64,000 bases of DNA from assembly GCF_028641065.1 (NCBI RefSeq), contig NC_073385.1, positions 13,454,001 to 13,518,000 on the forward strand. The letters are read 5' to 3'. Position numbers and translations under genes: made by a program. Source of the DNA: Leucoraja erinacea. Taxonomy: Eukaryota. Positions 1 through 14,400 of the stretch are shown here, in pieces (position 1 is the stretch's first letter; the number at the start of each line of letters is the position of its first letter). The notes under the pieces were generated by a model, which saw only the letters and a list, made by a program, of their open reading frames with translations, made no database searches and was not told the DNA's origin.

Positions 1-506
1 CGGAGCACCCGGAGAAAACCCACGCGGTCACAGGAAGAATGTGCAAACTCCAAACAGACAGCAACCACAGTCTGGATTGAACCTTTGGCTCCAGTTCTTC
101 AATGTCAGCTTCCACCTCCCTCCAGGAGTAACTTATTTGAGCTTCAAATATTTACTTCAATTCACATAGAATTCCATAACGTGCTATAAATTCCAACCCA
201 AGAACATTACAAGAACACAATGTTAACAACAGATTAAAGCACAGATGACATTAGCAACTGGCTGGAGAATTGAAAAATGCATGTGTGCTTTGGCAGAGCC
301 TGCTCCACACAATGCCCGCATGCATCACTTTTATTTACTGGCTTGATGAATGGTCTAATTCTGCTGCTATTTCTCATTCCTCGTGGGACAAGTATTTGCT
401 TTCATAGTGTTCACTTGCTGTTAGAATAATGGGAATTTGGGCAATCGACCAGAGGCAGAATGTTTGGATGATACTCACTGATATAAAAAAGAGTGCACTG
501 AAGATG

Positions 507-1158
507 TAGAAACATGAAGGTGCAGAAGATGACTAATGTACAAAAGGACACACAGTGCTGGGGAAACACAGCAGGTCAAGCAGCTGGTGTGCTTTCAGGT
601 TTGAAGAAGGGTCTTGACCTGAAACGTCACCTCTGCATGTTCTCCAGGGATGCTGCCTGACCTGCTCTGTTACTCCAGCATTTTCTCTTTCTCTCTTCTG
701 CTTTCTCTCATGCTTCTCTCCCTCTCTTTCTCTCCCCCTTTCTCTCTCCCACTCCCTCCCCCTCTTTTTCTCTCTCCCTCTCTTGTTCTCTCCCTCTTTC
801 TCGCTTCAGGTAACTGAAGAAGAGTCTCGACCTGAGACCTGTCACCTATCCATGTTCTCCAGGGATGCTCCCTGACCTGCTGTGTTACTCCAGCATTTTC
901 TCTTTCTCCCTTCCATTCTCTCTCAAGCTCCTTCTCTCCCTATCTCTTTTTCTCTCTCCCCCTCTCCCTTTCTCTCTCCCACTCCCTCCCCTTCTTTTTC
1001 TCTCCCCCTCTTGCTTTCTCTCCCTCTCTCGTTCTCTCCTTCTCTCTCTCTCTTTAGGTAACTGAAGAAGAGTCTCGACCTGAATCGTTACCTATCCATG
1101 TTCTCCAGGGATGCTGCCTGACCTGCTGTGTTACTCCAGCCCGTTGTGCCCATTTATG
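507..1158. mobile_element. Penelope-derived element with three tandem terminal-repeat units and CT-rich spacers
   Basis: Repeat units start at 601, 814 and 1062; TSD ctgaagatg at 498 and 1159. Confidence 0.75.
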
Positions 1159-2259
1159 CTGAAGATGCTTGTTTTCAGATAACCGATCCATGGGTTCTCT
1201 CCTGCAAACAATTAACACAATATAATAAAGAATACTTTTCTCTATTATATCGTTCCCAGAATTATGCCTGGATTAGAGGGTATTAGCTGTAAGTAAAGGT
1301 CGGACAAACTTAGATCGTACTCTTGAAGGTAGATAAAAATGCTGGAGAAACTCAGCGGGTGCGGCAGCATCTATGGAGCGAAGGAAATAGGCAACGTTTC
1401 GGGCTGAAACCCTTCTTGAGACTCTTGAATTCTATTCTATTGAATTCTATTATATTCTTGAAATGTCTTGAGGCTGAGGGGAGACCTGTTAGAAGTATCT
1501 TAGATTACAAGCGGCATGGATAGGGTCAACCGTCAGAACCACTTTCCCTGAATGGAAATCTGTTTCAGTTTAGTTTATGGTCACGTGTGGTGCAGAGAAA
1601 AGCTTTTGTTGCGTGCTTTACCCAAGAGACTTTAAAGACTAGAGGGAATATCTTTAAGATGAGAGGGGCAAAGTTTAAAGGTGATGTGCGGGGCAAAATG
1701 TTGTACACAGAGAGTGGTGGGTGCCCGGAACCTGCTGCCAGGTTTATGGCGGAGGCAGATACGATTGTGGCATTTGAATCGCATGCCAGCAGAGGGGATT
1801 AGTTTAATCAGCATCATGTCCGGCATAGACATTGTGAGCCGGAGGGCCTGTTCCTGTGCGGTACTGTTCTATGCGTTCTGTGTTCTATCTTGTCACAAAC
1901 ACCTTTATTAGTGTTTAATTTATTTCCATTGTACAGCTACCTTTTATTCATTTGGGACTCTGTTGAATCTTTGAACGGGTTCCAAATGAAGGGGCAGAAA
2001 AAAGAAAAAATTGCATTTATATAGGACTGCGACTGCAGTTTCATTTCTCAATGTATTTCATGGAAGAATTATCAAACATAAAACGATACTGCCCTTCAAC
2101 CCACAATGTCCGCGCCACACATAATGCTCAATTAAACTAATCTCCTCTGCCTGCACGTCTAATGAATTGAAGCAGGGTGGAGGGAAATTGGCTATCTTAT
2201 TGAGAGTGCTGTATCAAGGGAAAGTCAAGGCTAATCAATTAACATTATTTGGCACTTAC

Positions 2260-2422
2260 CTCAGCTGTTCTCTGCTTTGCTCCCACAGGTCCTTGGTTTC
2301 CTCGGGTGACATGTGCAGGTCTAAATTGCAGACATTTGGTTTCCGAGGGTAGATTTTCAAACACTGCTTGGCCCAGTATCGCTGCCATCCAGGAAGAAAG
2401 GGATCCGAAATGAACGTGAATC
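2260..2422 (-). CDS. ALKBH1: ALKBH1 exon 3
   Basis: cccttag|[35 protein letters not shown]...|gtaagt, 163 nt. Confidence 0.93.
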
Positions 2423-5400
2423 CTAAGGGCAGAAATGGACGGACGGAAAGATCAAAATAATTTACAGCAAAATAATCCCAAATAATAATAAAATGAAATA
2501 AGCATCCATTTGTTTCTTCGTGCATAGAGATCATGGTTTCCTTTATTGGTGACAAAAATATATATCAAGAATACTTCAGCAAGGGCCTGAAACGCCAACT
2601 GTTTCTCGTGCTGCTGAGTATATCCCTCAATTTCTGTTTTTATATTCCATTTCCAGCATCACAAGGATTTGGCATATGTGTGACATATATTACAAGACCT
2701 AACCAAAGCACGAAATGTACTTCCTTAACCCATCTGGTCTGCCTTGATTCATATAGGCATTCACAGAATGAGTGCTCAATTGCTCTTCTAGAAGTACTTT
2801 GGGCAGAATCGGTACAATAGTTGTGAAGCTCAGAACTCACTTATTAGAAGCTGTCGTTGCGGGGCTTCCAGCTGCGGGCGGCGCTGGGTTTGAACGCCGC
2901 GGAGCCTGGGATCTCGCGCCGAGATCGCCAGTGTCGGAGCTCCGACCAGCGCGGCCTGTGGACTTCGGGCTCCGCGGTCTGCGGGGAGGAAGCGGCTGTT
3001 CCAGACACTCCAAGCCGCGGAGAGTGGTCTCCCGATGCCGGAGCACCATCATCCGGCGAGAGGGCCTGAAGCATCGGGCCGCCGTCACGGCGACTGCGGA
3101 GGCCTCAATAGGCCCAACCATGGGTGAACAAGAGGAAGTGGACTGGACTTTGTTGCCTTCCCTCACAGTGGGAACCATTGTAGGGGGATGTTTTTATGTT
3201 TTATGTTAAATTCTTCAATGTTGTGTTTTATTTTTGGTGTGCTGCAGATGGCTCGCAAAACATGGCTGCTGGAGGTGAGAGAGAACACTGGCGCGATTGG
3301 CTGCCGCTGCTCACGCTCAGAATTGTGTAATGTTGCTGTATATGTTGTTTTAGTTTCATGCTTGTTTTAACTGTAAGGTGTCCTTGAGAGTCCTGAAAGG
3401 CACCCTATAAAGAAAATGTATTATTATTATTAAGATGTGAATATGCCTTTGCAAGATATCAAAATAGAAGTGAGCCACGTTGGAATACAAGCACATAGTT
3501 CCCTGGATTTGGCGTCCCAATTGACAGGGTGGTGGTGGCTTTTGGCATGCTGGTCTTCGTCAGGAGGTATTAGGTATTGGTTGGGATGTTATGTTGCAGT
3601 TGTGCAAGATGTAGGAGAAGCCACGTTTGGAGCATTGTGTGCAGTTTTGGTCACCTGCTATAGGATGGATGCCATCAAGCTGGAAAGAGTGCAGAGAAGA
3701 TTTACGAGCAGGTTGCCTGGACACAGGGGAGTTATGGGGAACGTTGGGCAGGCCGGGATTTTATTCCTTGGAGCGCAGTAGACCGAGGGCTGACCATATA
3801 GAAGTATATAAAATCACTTGGGACACAGATTGATGAATGCACACAGTTTTTTTCCCAAGGTTGAGTTATCCAAGAACTAGTGAGTTCTAGTGAGGCAACG
3901 TTTTCACACAGAGGGTGGAACCTATCTAGAATGAGCTGCCAGAGGAAGTTGTTGAGGCAGGTACAATAACAACATTTAAAAGACATTTGGTCATGTACAT
4001 GGACAGGAAATGTTTACAGGGATATAGGTCAAACATGGGCAGATGGGACTAGCTTAGATGGGCTTCTTGGTCAGCATGTGTGTCAAATTGCATGATTCCA
4101 TGCAGCCTCTCAAATCCAAGCACTACAGATGAGCTTCATGTTTCGTTTAAAGATACAACATGGAAACAAGTTCTACGGCCCACCGCGTTTACGCGACCCG
4201 TTCACACTAGACCACTTTCTTATCCACTCCCTACACTCTCAGAGCCATTTGCAGAAGCCAATTAACCTACAAACAAGCATGTCTTTGAGAGGTGGCAGGA
4301 AACCAGGGTACCCGGAGGAAACCCACATGGTTACAGGGAGAACGTGCAAACTCCACAGAGGTCAGGATCGAACCTGGATCTCTGGTGCTGTGAGGCAGCA
4401 GCTCCACCAACTGTGCCACTGTGCTGCCCTGTGCCACACTTTTCCTGGAGTGCGATTAACTTAATTGGTGAAATATACTGGAGAAGGTTTGGTGCTGAAC
4501 GTTTTCTGCCTTTGACAAGAACTCTATATTAAGGCAAAGGGCAAACTGTCTTGGAGAAAGGTGCTGTATTTCCACCTTTTACCCAGTGCACCCATCCTAC
4601 ATTCTATTATCATGTTCTAATTAATACAATTCAGCTCATGCTTTGCAGTACAGGTTCACATTCACACTTCTCACTCGGCATTACAAATTGTGAGTTTCAC
4701 CGTCATGCATTCTTGCATTAGAAACCCTTCAGATTTAAGAGCGTTCAATGGAGTTCTTCAAGCTTCTAGGGGATCAGAAACTATTTACTGCTTCCAGGCA
4801 ACTGCCATACTCTCTTAGCCTCTGCTAGAGATAAGAGGCCTTTGAATCAGTGTTGGTCGTGAGCACAAATGTACAACATATAAGCAGACTGACAAAACCC
4901 TCACAAACATGCAGTTAATTTTAATTTTTTGTTTTGAATGCAGTGATCAGCCAATGACACTGTCTTAGAAAATACAGAGCAATTGTTCCTTCGAATGCCA
5001 AATAAATATATTTTGAGATCAGATTGCAGTAAAAGGAAAACTGAGAAGTGATGTTATTTCAGCGAGAATGCAGAGGAATATGGAAATAAAAAAGGAAATT
5101 CTATTTTTTATATCCGGAGATTCTACCGTGACATCTATTAGTGACAAGACTGGCCCAGTCATCTGGAAAGAACCAAGTTAAAGGTCTTGTGGAGCATTAG
5201 TATGGGATAAAATGAGAGCCTAAGAAAGGATTAGTCAAAGATATCAGAGCAAAATTACTTATAGCTGATGCAGAAAAGAAGAGAGTATCTACACTTAATT
5301 TACTGCCAGATCAATTGAAGTGATTAAAGCTTATACTACCTGCAGACAGTCAAGTCAACCGTTTGCTGTTCCCAGAACGGTGATGCTTGACCCTAATCAC

Positions 5401-8400
5401 CTTCATTCAAGAACTCTGCACGATATTGTAAAATGCAGTTCCCAGCTTGCAAAGAACCTCTTCAGGCACCATCGGCCAAATGGCCTCCTTCCGTGCAGTA
5501 CAATGCTAAGTATAGTTTCAATCTGCAAACAGATGGTCCGCCACTGACTGATGAAAGATGCCATTAATGGTCACCATTTTAAGCAACATCTACACTCGCT
5601 CTATTCATACTTCATGGAAAAGGATTGGGGTTGTAATCGGCTCAGGTTGCATGATGCACATTACCTGGATAACCAGCTAAGGTATACGCTTTCCACTTCC
5701 TAACTGGCCGTAGTCCAGCTTTACAGGCATCCCTATCGCTGACAGAGGCTGCATGAAGTGGTGCAATCAGAACCTGAAGAGGAAAGGAAAAGAGGAACGA
5801 CACAATCATTTGGCAGATCACAAGTGATTAAAACGATTGTTCGGATCACCAATTACTCGAACACTTACGCAACTATTTAATATTGTATCCCATCGAGAAT
5901 AGAGAATTGTAGTGAGACTGAGGTGCTTAAGGTGGTTAAATGTTTTGAATGGTGAGGTAGTGTGAAAATATCTCTTTTATGAAACGAGGACAAGAGAACA
6001 TAATCACAACTAGGGTCACTTCATCTAGAAGTTAAATCAGGGAACACCTCTGGAGAAAATCTAAAAGAGGGCAAGGCAATTGACAATGTCAGGACTGAGT
6101 TTGATGCTATTGTCACTGGGGTGGGGTGGTGGGGAAGGTAGAATCAAGTAGGATCATGGAGTAAAGAAGATCTGATTGAATGATGCCATCGAGCCTTTCA
6201 GCACCGAAACAGACTCTTCAGCCCAACACGCCCATGCCAACCAAGAAGCCACGTCCAAGCTGCTCCAATTTGCCCGCAATTGGCCCACATACTTCTTAAC
6301 CTTTCCTAGCCATGTATCTTTTAAACACTGTTCAACTACCAACAACCCTGAGTGAAAAAGTTGCCCCTCAGGTTCCTGTTAAAACTTACCCCTCTCACCT
6401 TAAACATTTGTCTTCAGGTTCTTGATTCCCTTACCCCGGTTGAAAGACCGTGCATTCGACCTATCTATTCCCCTCATGTGATCACCCTTCATCCTCCTGC
6501 ACTTCAAGGAATAAAGTCCAAGTCTGCCCAACCTTTCCCCATACTTCAGGCCCCTCAAGTCCTGGCAACATCCTGAAGGACTCAAGGGCCAAAGACCCTA
6601 CCTCCTGTCCTCCCTTCTTAAATCATCTTACTTCATACTGTACAACAAGAACATTTGTCAACTCCAAGCATTCCCCATTATTCTAGCTCAATTCATACAA
6701 CAAATAAGACGAGGTAATCCGCAATGGTCCAAAATCCTCTTTGAATAGGAAATTTGTATTTAAAATGATTGCACCATGTCTCATTTGTTATGCATAAAGT
6801 GGAGCTAATGTACATAGACTCAAAATACCATAGAACAGTACAGCACAGGAACAGGTTGATGAAACAAATTCTTTGACAAATCAACAACACTCTTAATCAT
6901 CACCTTAAAGGGCAAATATGTCAGGAGATTGCAGATATTAGTAGTAAGCACAAGGTAGTGATTGTGGGAGATTTCAATTTTCCACACATAGACTGGGAAA
7001 CACATTCTGTAATTGGGCTGGATGGGTTGGAATTTGTAAAATGTGTGCAGGATAGTTTTTTTGCAGCAATACATAGAAGTACCTACTAGAGAAGGTGCGG
7101 TGCTGGACCTCCTGTTAGGAAATGAGACGGGTCAGGTGGCAGAGGTATGCGTTGGGGAACAGTTCGGGACCAGTGATCACAATACCATTAGTTTCAATAT
7201 AATTATGGAGAGGGTCAGAACTGGACTGAGGGTTGAGATTTTTGATTGGAGAAAGGCTAACTTTGAGGAGATGCGAAAGGATTTAAAAGGAGTAAATTGG
7301 GACAGTTTGTTTTATGGGAAAGATGTGGAAGAGAAATGGAGGACATTTAAAGGGGAAATTTTAAGAGTACAGAATCTTTATGTCCCTGTTCGGTTGAAAG
7401 GAAACAGTAAAAATTGGAAAGAGCCATGGTTTTTAAGGGAAATTGGACATTTGGTTCAGAAAAAGAGAGAGATCTACAATAATTATAGGCAGCATGGAGT
7501 AAATGAGGTGCTTGAGGAGTATAAAGAATGTAAAAAGAATCTTAAGAAAGAAATTAGAAAAATTAAAAGAAGATGAGGTTGCTTTGGCAAGTAAGGTGAA
7601 AGTAAATCCAAAGGGTTTCTACAGCTATATTAATAGCAAAAGGATAACGAGGGATAAAATTGGTTCATTAGAGAGTCAGAGTGGACAGCTATCTGCAGAG
7701 CCAAAAGAGATGGGGGAGATATTGAACAATTTCTTTTCTTCGGTATTCACCAAGGAGAAGGATATTAAATTATGGGAGGTAAGGGAAACAAGTAGAGTAG
7801 CTATGGAAATTATGAGGATCAAAGAAGAGGAAGTACTGACACTTTTGAGAAATATAAAAGTGGATAAGTCTCCAGGTCCGGACAGGATATTCCCTAGGAC
7901 ATTGAGGGAAGTTAGTGTAGAAATAGCAGGGGCTATGACAGAAATATTTCAAATGTCATTAGAAACGGGAATAGTGCCGGAGGATTGGCGTAATGCGCAT
8001 GTTGTTCCATTGTTTAAAAAGGGGTCTAAGAGTAAACCTAGCAATTATAGACCTGTTAGTTTGACGTCAGTGGTGGGAAAATTAATGGAAAGGATACTTA
8101 GAGATAATATATATAAGCATCTGGATAAACAGGGTCTGATTAGGAACAGTCAACATGGATTTGTGCCTGGAAGGTCATGTTTGACTAATCTTCTTGAATT
8201 TTTTGAAGAGGTAACTCGGGAAATTGATGAGGGTAAAGCAATGGATGTTGTATATATGGACTTCAGTAAGGCCTTTGGCAAGGTTACTCACGGAAGGTTG
8301 GTTAAGAAGGTTCAATGGTTGGGTATTAATGGTGGAGTAGCAAGATGGATTCAACAGTGGCTGAATGGCAGATGCCAGAGAGTAATGGTGGATGGTTGTT

Positions 8401-11400
8401 TGTCAGATTGGAGGCCAGTGACTAGTGGGGTGCCACAGGGATCTGTGTTGGGCCCACTGTTGTTTGTCATGTACATCAATGATCTGGATGATGGTGTGGT
8501 AAATTGGATTAGTAAGTATGCCGATGATACTAAAATAGGTGGGGTTGTGGATAATGAAGTAGATTTTCAAAGTCTACAGAGAGATTTATGCCAGTTGGAA
8601 GAGTGGCTGAAAGATGGCAGATGGAGTTTAATGCTGATAAGTGTGAGGTGCTACATCTTGGCAGGACAAATCAAAATAGGACGTACATGGTAAATGGTAG
8701 GGAATTGAAGAATGCAAGTGAACAGAGGGATCTGGGAATAACTGTGCACAGTTCCCTGAAAGTGGAATCTCATGTAGATAGGGTGGTAAAGAAAGCTTTT
8801 GGTGTGCTGGCCTTTATAAATCAGAGCATTGAGTATAGAAGTTGGGATGTAATGTTAAAATTGTACAAGGCATTGGTGAGGCCAATTTTGGAGTATGGTG
8901 TACAATTTTGGTCGCCTAATTATAGGAAGGATGTCAACAAAATAGAGAGTACAGAGGAGATTTACTAGAATGTTGCCTGGGTTTCAGCAACTAAGTTACA
9001 GAGAAAGGTTGAACAAGTTAGGGCTTTATTCTTTGGAGCGCAGAAGGTTAAGGGGGGATTTGATAGAGGTCTTTAAAATGATGAGAGGGATAGACAGAGT
9101 TGACATGGATAAGCTTTTTCCACTGAGAGTAGGGAAGATTCAAACAAGGGGACATGACTTGAGAATTAAGGGACAGAAGTTTAGGGGTAACATGAGGGGG
9201 AACTTCTTTACTCAGAGAGTGGTGGCTGTGTGGAATGAGCTTCCAGTGAAGGTGGTGGAGGCAGGTTCGTTTTTATCATTTAAAAATAAATTGGATAGTT
9301 GTATGGACGGGAAAGAAATGGAGGGTTATGGTCTGAACGCAGGTGTATGGGACTAGGGGAGAATACATGTTCGGCACGGACTAGAAGGGTCGAGATGGCC
9401 TGTTTCCGTGCTGTAATTGTTATATGGTTATAAGCCTATGCGCTGGTCTTTGGCACCAGAGGTAAAAAGTTCTTAGCATCTACGGAACTGTTAATTTTGC
9501 ATACCTCTATCACGTTCCTTCTCAGCTTTCTCTGCTCCAAGGAAAATAAACCCATCCTTTTAGTTTTTTTAGTTTTAGAGATACAACGCGGAAACAGGCC
9601 CTTCGGCCCACTGGGTCCACGCCGACCAGTGATCCCCGTACATTAACACTATCCTACACCCACTAGGGACAATTTTTACATTTACCAAGCCAATTAACCT
9701 ACAACCCTGTACAACTTTGTAGTGTGGGACGCAGGTCACGGGGAGAATGTACTAACTCTGTACAGACAGCACCTGTAGTCGGGATCGAACCCGGATCTCC
9801 AGCGCTGCATTCGGTGTAAAGGCAGCAACTCTACCGCTCATTTCATCCCAGACAACATCTTGGTAAAGCTTCTCCAGTGTGATCATGTTATTCCTATAGT
9901 TCAACAACCAGAATTGTACTCAATATTCTAGCTGTGACTAAATAATAATGCTTTATAAAGTTATACCAAGACCTCCCTGCACTTATGGCCCAGCTAATGA
10001 AGGTGGGTGTCTCATATGCCTGCTTCACCACTCTATCTACCTGTGCTCCCATCTTCAATGATACTTGCACTTGTACACGTTTGTTCCTCAATGCTCCTTT
10101 GAGCCCTACCATTCATAGTGTATGTCCTACTATTATTAGAGCCCCCCCCCCCCCAGAAATGCACAACCACACATTTATAAGGCTTAAATTTTATCTGCCA
10201 TTGCCCTGGCCAACATGAGCTAATTCAATCTCATTCTGTAGCCAAAGAAGATTCTCTTAGATCTCTTTATCTTCTAAGAAGACCCCACAAAATCACCAGT
10301 TTGTTTTGAAAGGAATCAGATTGCATTTCACAAATTGGTGTAGAATTGACATTAAAAGATTGAACAGGAACAGGCCGATCATGATTTCCTAACTCTAACA
10401 TTCAATGCCCCTAACAAAGAAGGCAAGCATACCATATGCCTTCTTTACCACCCTATCTACTTGTGCTGCCACCTTTAGTGAGCTATGAACTTGGACTCCA
10501 AGATCCACATCCATACATTGTCTAACAGGAAAGCAAAAGTATTTGTGAAAACTATTTCAATATTACTTTGCTATTTTACCATTTGCTGCTAAGAAGGTCA
10601 AGTGACAATATTTCCTCGTAATATTGATCCTTTTTTCTCTGCTATTCTCGGCATCTCAACATGTTGACAGCAAGAGTACGGAATCTAACGGTGTAAAAAT
10701 TAGTGTTGATACACGGTGGGTGGAAGGTTTCACACTGAACCCAGAGCTGATGTCTCAATCAATGCATGCCGGCTACCCGAGCCCTCAGTACTATAATGTT
10801 GACGGCACATCAGTAACGGATCCTACACCTCTGTCATCTCCAATTTGCCAGCAGTAAGAGCAACATGACATCAAGGAACAATATCCGAACTGCTGCAGTA
10901 ATAGTTGTGGAGGTGCTGGTGAGGGTCAACTTTCTCCTCTGTGCTCAAACACCGTATATATTAAAATCATTGACCCCAGTGCCCTCTAATATGGAAAATC
11001 CTCCATGTTCCCATAAAAAGGCATATATAATGCTACAGTGGAAGATAGGAGAGTTTTAGAGGGATACGGGCCAAAGGGCGACTCAGCGGCTGTAGAGCAA
11101 CTGCCTTACTGCATCAAAGATCCGGATTCGATCCTCACTACTGATGCTCGTCTGTGGAGAGTTTGTATGTTCTCCCCATGGGTTTTTCTCTGAGATCTTC
11201 TGTTTCCTCCCACACTCCAAAGACGTACAGGTTTGTTGGTTAATTGGCTGGGTATAAAAACATGTAAGATCGCCCCTAGTGCGTGTAGGGTAGTGTTAAT
11301 GTGCAGGGATTGCTGGTTGGTGCAGACTCACTGCCTGTTTCCATGCTATATCTCTAAACTAAACTAAACAACAATTAGGTAGTCAAAAATGCTGGAGGAA

Positions 11401-14400
11401 CTCAGCGGGTGAGGCAGCATCTATGGAGAGAAGGAACAGGTAACGTTTCGGGTCGAGACCCTTTTTCAGACTGATGTCGGGGCGGGGGGGGGGACTTTTT
11501 CCCACCTCCCTCCCGCCGACATCAGTCTGAAGGAGGGTATCGTCCCGAAACGTCACCTATCTTGCTCGGCATGAGCAGGTTGGACCTAAGGGTCTATTTC
11601 CATGCTGTGTCCAAGAGAAGGTGTACTGTATTTATATGGCACCTTTATGCAAGGAATCTAAAATGGCTGATAGAATCATGGGAACATAATACTGTATCTA
11701 TTACTACAACATGGCTTAAAGGCCAGAATTGCTCAACTTTGCAGATTGTGGAGTTTTAGAAAGGATTTAAGAGGTGGGTGAAGATTAAAAATCAAGCTGG
11801 GGGAGCTGGTAACTTTGGATAAGGAAACAATTATAGCTGCGAGGAGGGAGTTATATGCTGGAAGGATCAATAAATAAGGTCATATTGGTTAAATTATGGA
11901 ACAAAAAAGGGAAATGCATATTTGGCTCACAAAGAGTTAGAGAGTGGAACAGAATAGTAAGTTTGTAGGCATATATTCCAGAACAAAAATGGGTAGTGAT
12001 TGTAAGAAAAAAAAAATCATGTCTCTTTATATTCATAAGATAGACCATTCGGCCCATCAACGCTACTCTGCCATTCAATCATGGCTGATCTATCTCTCCC
12101 ACCTAACCCCATTCTCCTGCCTCCTCCCCATAACCTGACACCCAATACTAATCAAGAATCTATCTATCTCTGCCTCAAATATATCAACTGACTTGATCTC
12201 CACACCCTTCTGTGGCAAAGAATTCCACAGATTCACCACACTCTTAACCTGATCTAAAACAGTGTGAAAGATCGAGAGGATGCAGAGGTCTTGAAGTGTA
12301 TTCTGCAGAACTTTAAAAAAGATTAATACTTAGCCAGTTCAGCAAGATAGAGCAGACCTGGTCTCCGGAAGGAGTAGCAAGCAGAAGGAGCATATTTTGT
12401 AGGCAGTAATCATAATTCCACCGGATTTAAAACAGTAACGGAAAAGAACAAAGCTTCAAGTGAGTAAAGGTTCTAAGCTTGGGAACGCCTGTTATACTAT
12501 GCTTAGCTATAATTTAGCAAAAGTGGAAATAGAATGTGTGTGTGTATTGAGAATGAAGGAGTAAGAGCAGGGAGATTGGGTCGACACGGCAGAGCAGTGG
12601 TAAAATTGCTGCTTACACTTACAGCGCCAGAGTCCCGTGTTCGACCCTGAATACGGGTGCTGTCTGTTCAGAGTTTGTACGTTCTCCCTGTGACTGCATG
12701 GGTTTCCCCCCACAAGCCAAACACGTACAGGTTTGTACGTTAATTTGGCTCTGGTAAAAATTGTAAAATGTCCCTAGTGTATAGGATAGTGCTAGCATGT
12801 ACGGGTATCACTAGCCGGCGCGAACTTTAGTTTAGTTTAGAGATACAGCGTGGAAACAGGCCCTTCGGCTCACCGAGTCAGCGCCGACCAGCGATCCCCG
12901 CATATTAACGCTACCCGACACGAGGCACAATTTTTTTTAACATTTACAAAGCCAATTAATCCACATACCTGTACTTCTTTGGAGTGTGGGGAGGAAACCG
13001 AAGATCACAGAGAAAACCCACGCAGGTCACGGGGAGAAGGTACAAACTCCGTACAGACAAGCACCCGTAGTCGGGAATCGAACCTGCGTCTCAGGTGCTG
13101 AATTCGCTGTGAGGCAGCAACTCTACCGCTGGGCCACCCGGCTGCCCGTGCCACACTCTGTGGGCCGAAGGGCCTGTTTCCGCGCTGTATGTCTAAAATA
13201 AACTAGATTCTGAAAGTATTGAGAGATGTTATGAGGAATGAAATCAGAAAATACTGAATTATTCAGCACAGCAGGTCAGGCAGCATCGATGGAAACAGAA
13301 ACAGAGTTAATGGTCAAAACAAATAACAAGTGAGTGAAGGTTTTCATATTTGCTTTTCTAGATGTACAAGGATATTGCAAGGAGTGGAGAAGTTTAGCTC
13401 TGCAGAGAGAGTTACTATGCAGGGACTGTCTTCTTTTAACAAAGATTTAGTGAAGTAAGATTATGCATATCTGGAAGAACCTATTTCGTCCTTGGAAAGC
13501 TTAGGATGTTCAGCATGTCCCCAACAACCCTCGCTCACTGCTACAGATGCGTTCTAGAAAGCATTTTATTGGGAAGCATCACAGCATGGTTTTGGAACAG
13601 CTCCATCCAAGACTGCAAGAAGTTGCAGAGAGTTGTGGACGCAGCCCAGCCCATCACGCACACCAACCTCCCTTCCATTGACTCCATCTACACTTCACGC
13701 TGCCTCAGCAAGGCCCCATCATAATCAAGAACCGCCCTGGTCACTCCCCCTTCTCCCCTCTCCCATCAGGCAAGAGGTGCAGAGGTTTGAAAACGCGTAC
13801 CTCCAGATTCAGTGACAGTTTCCTCCCAGCTGTTATCAGGCAACTGAACTACCCTCTCACCAGCTAGACAGAGAGTGGTCCTGCCCTCCCATCTACCTCA
13901 CAGGAGACCATCGAACTATGGTTTTTAATGGGAAGCATTACAGCAAGCTTTCCCCCCACCCCCCTATCAGTCTGAAGGAGGGTCACAACCCAAAACATTG
14001 CCTTCTCTCTACATAGATGCTGCCTCACCCGCTGAATTTCTCCAGCATTTTTGTCTACCTTTGAACTCTCATCAATCAGACCTCATTGGATTTTATCTTC
14101 AACTAAATGTTATTCCCTTTACCCTGTATCTGTAAACTGTACTCAGCTCGACTGTAATCATGTATATTGACTGGATAGCACGCAGCAAAAAGCTTTTCAC
14201 TGTACCTCGGGACATGTGACAATAATACACAAAACTAAGCTGTGAGACGCGAATTAAGTCACATATATAAGAAAGGTATGAAATTATAAAAGTACTGGAC
14301 AAGCTAGATGCAGGAAAAATGTTCCCAATGTTGGGGGAGTCCAGAACCAGGGGCCACACTCAAGAATAAAGGGGAGGCCATTTAAAACTGAGATGAGAAA

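Noticed and set aside
865-1065. Leu/Ser/Pro-rich ORF
   Set aside because: Translation of a CT microsatellite inside a repeat
601-1130. Repeat-spacer pattern superficially like a CRISPR array
   Set aside because: Eukaryotic context; the spacers are near-identical CT tracts and there are no cas genes
1-2259. Search for ALKBH1 exon 4 (LRWVT.GYHY)
   Set aside because: Not found by eye; presumably lies beyond the left edge
10624-11059. Unique-looking intronic stretch with short ORFs
   Set aside because: No recognisable homology or convincing splice sites
11075-11160. tRNA-like A/B boxes here and at other SINE heads
   Set aside because: SINE heads without a complete cloverleaf; not tRNA genes
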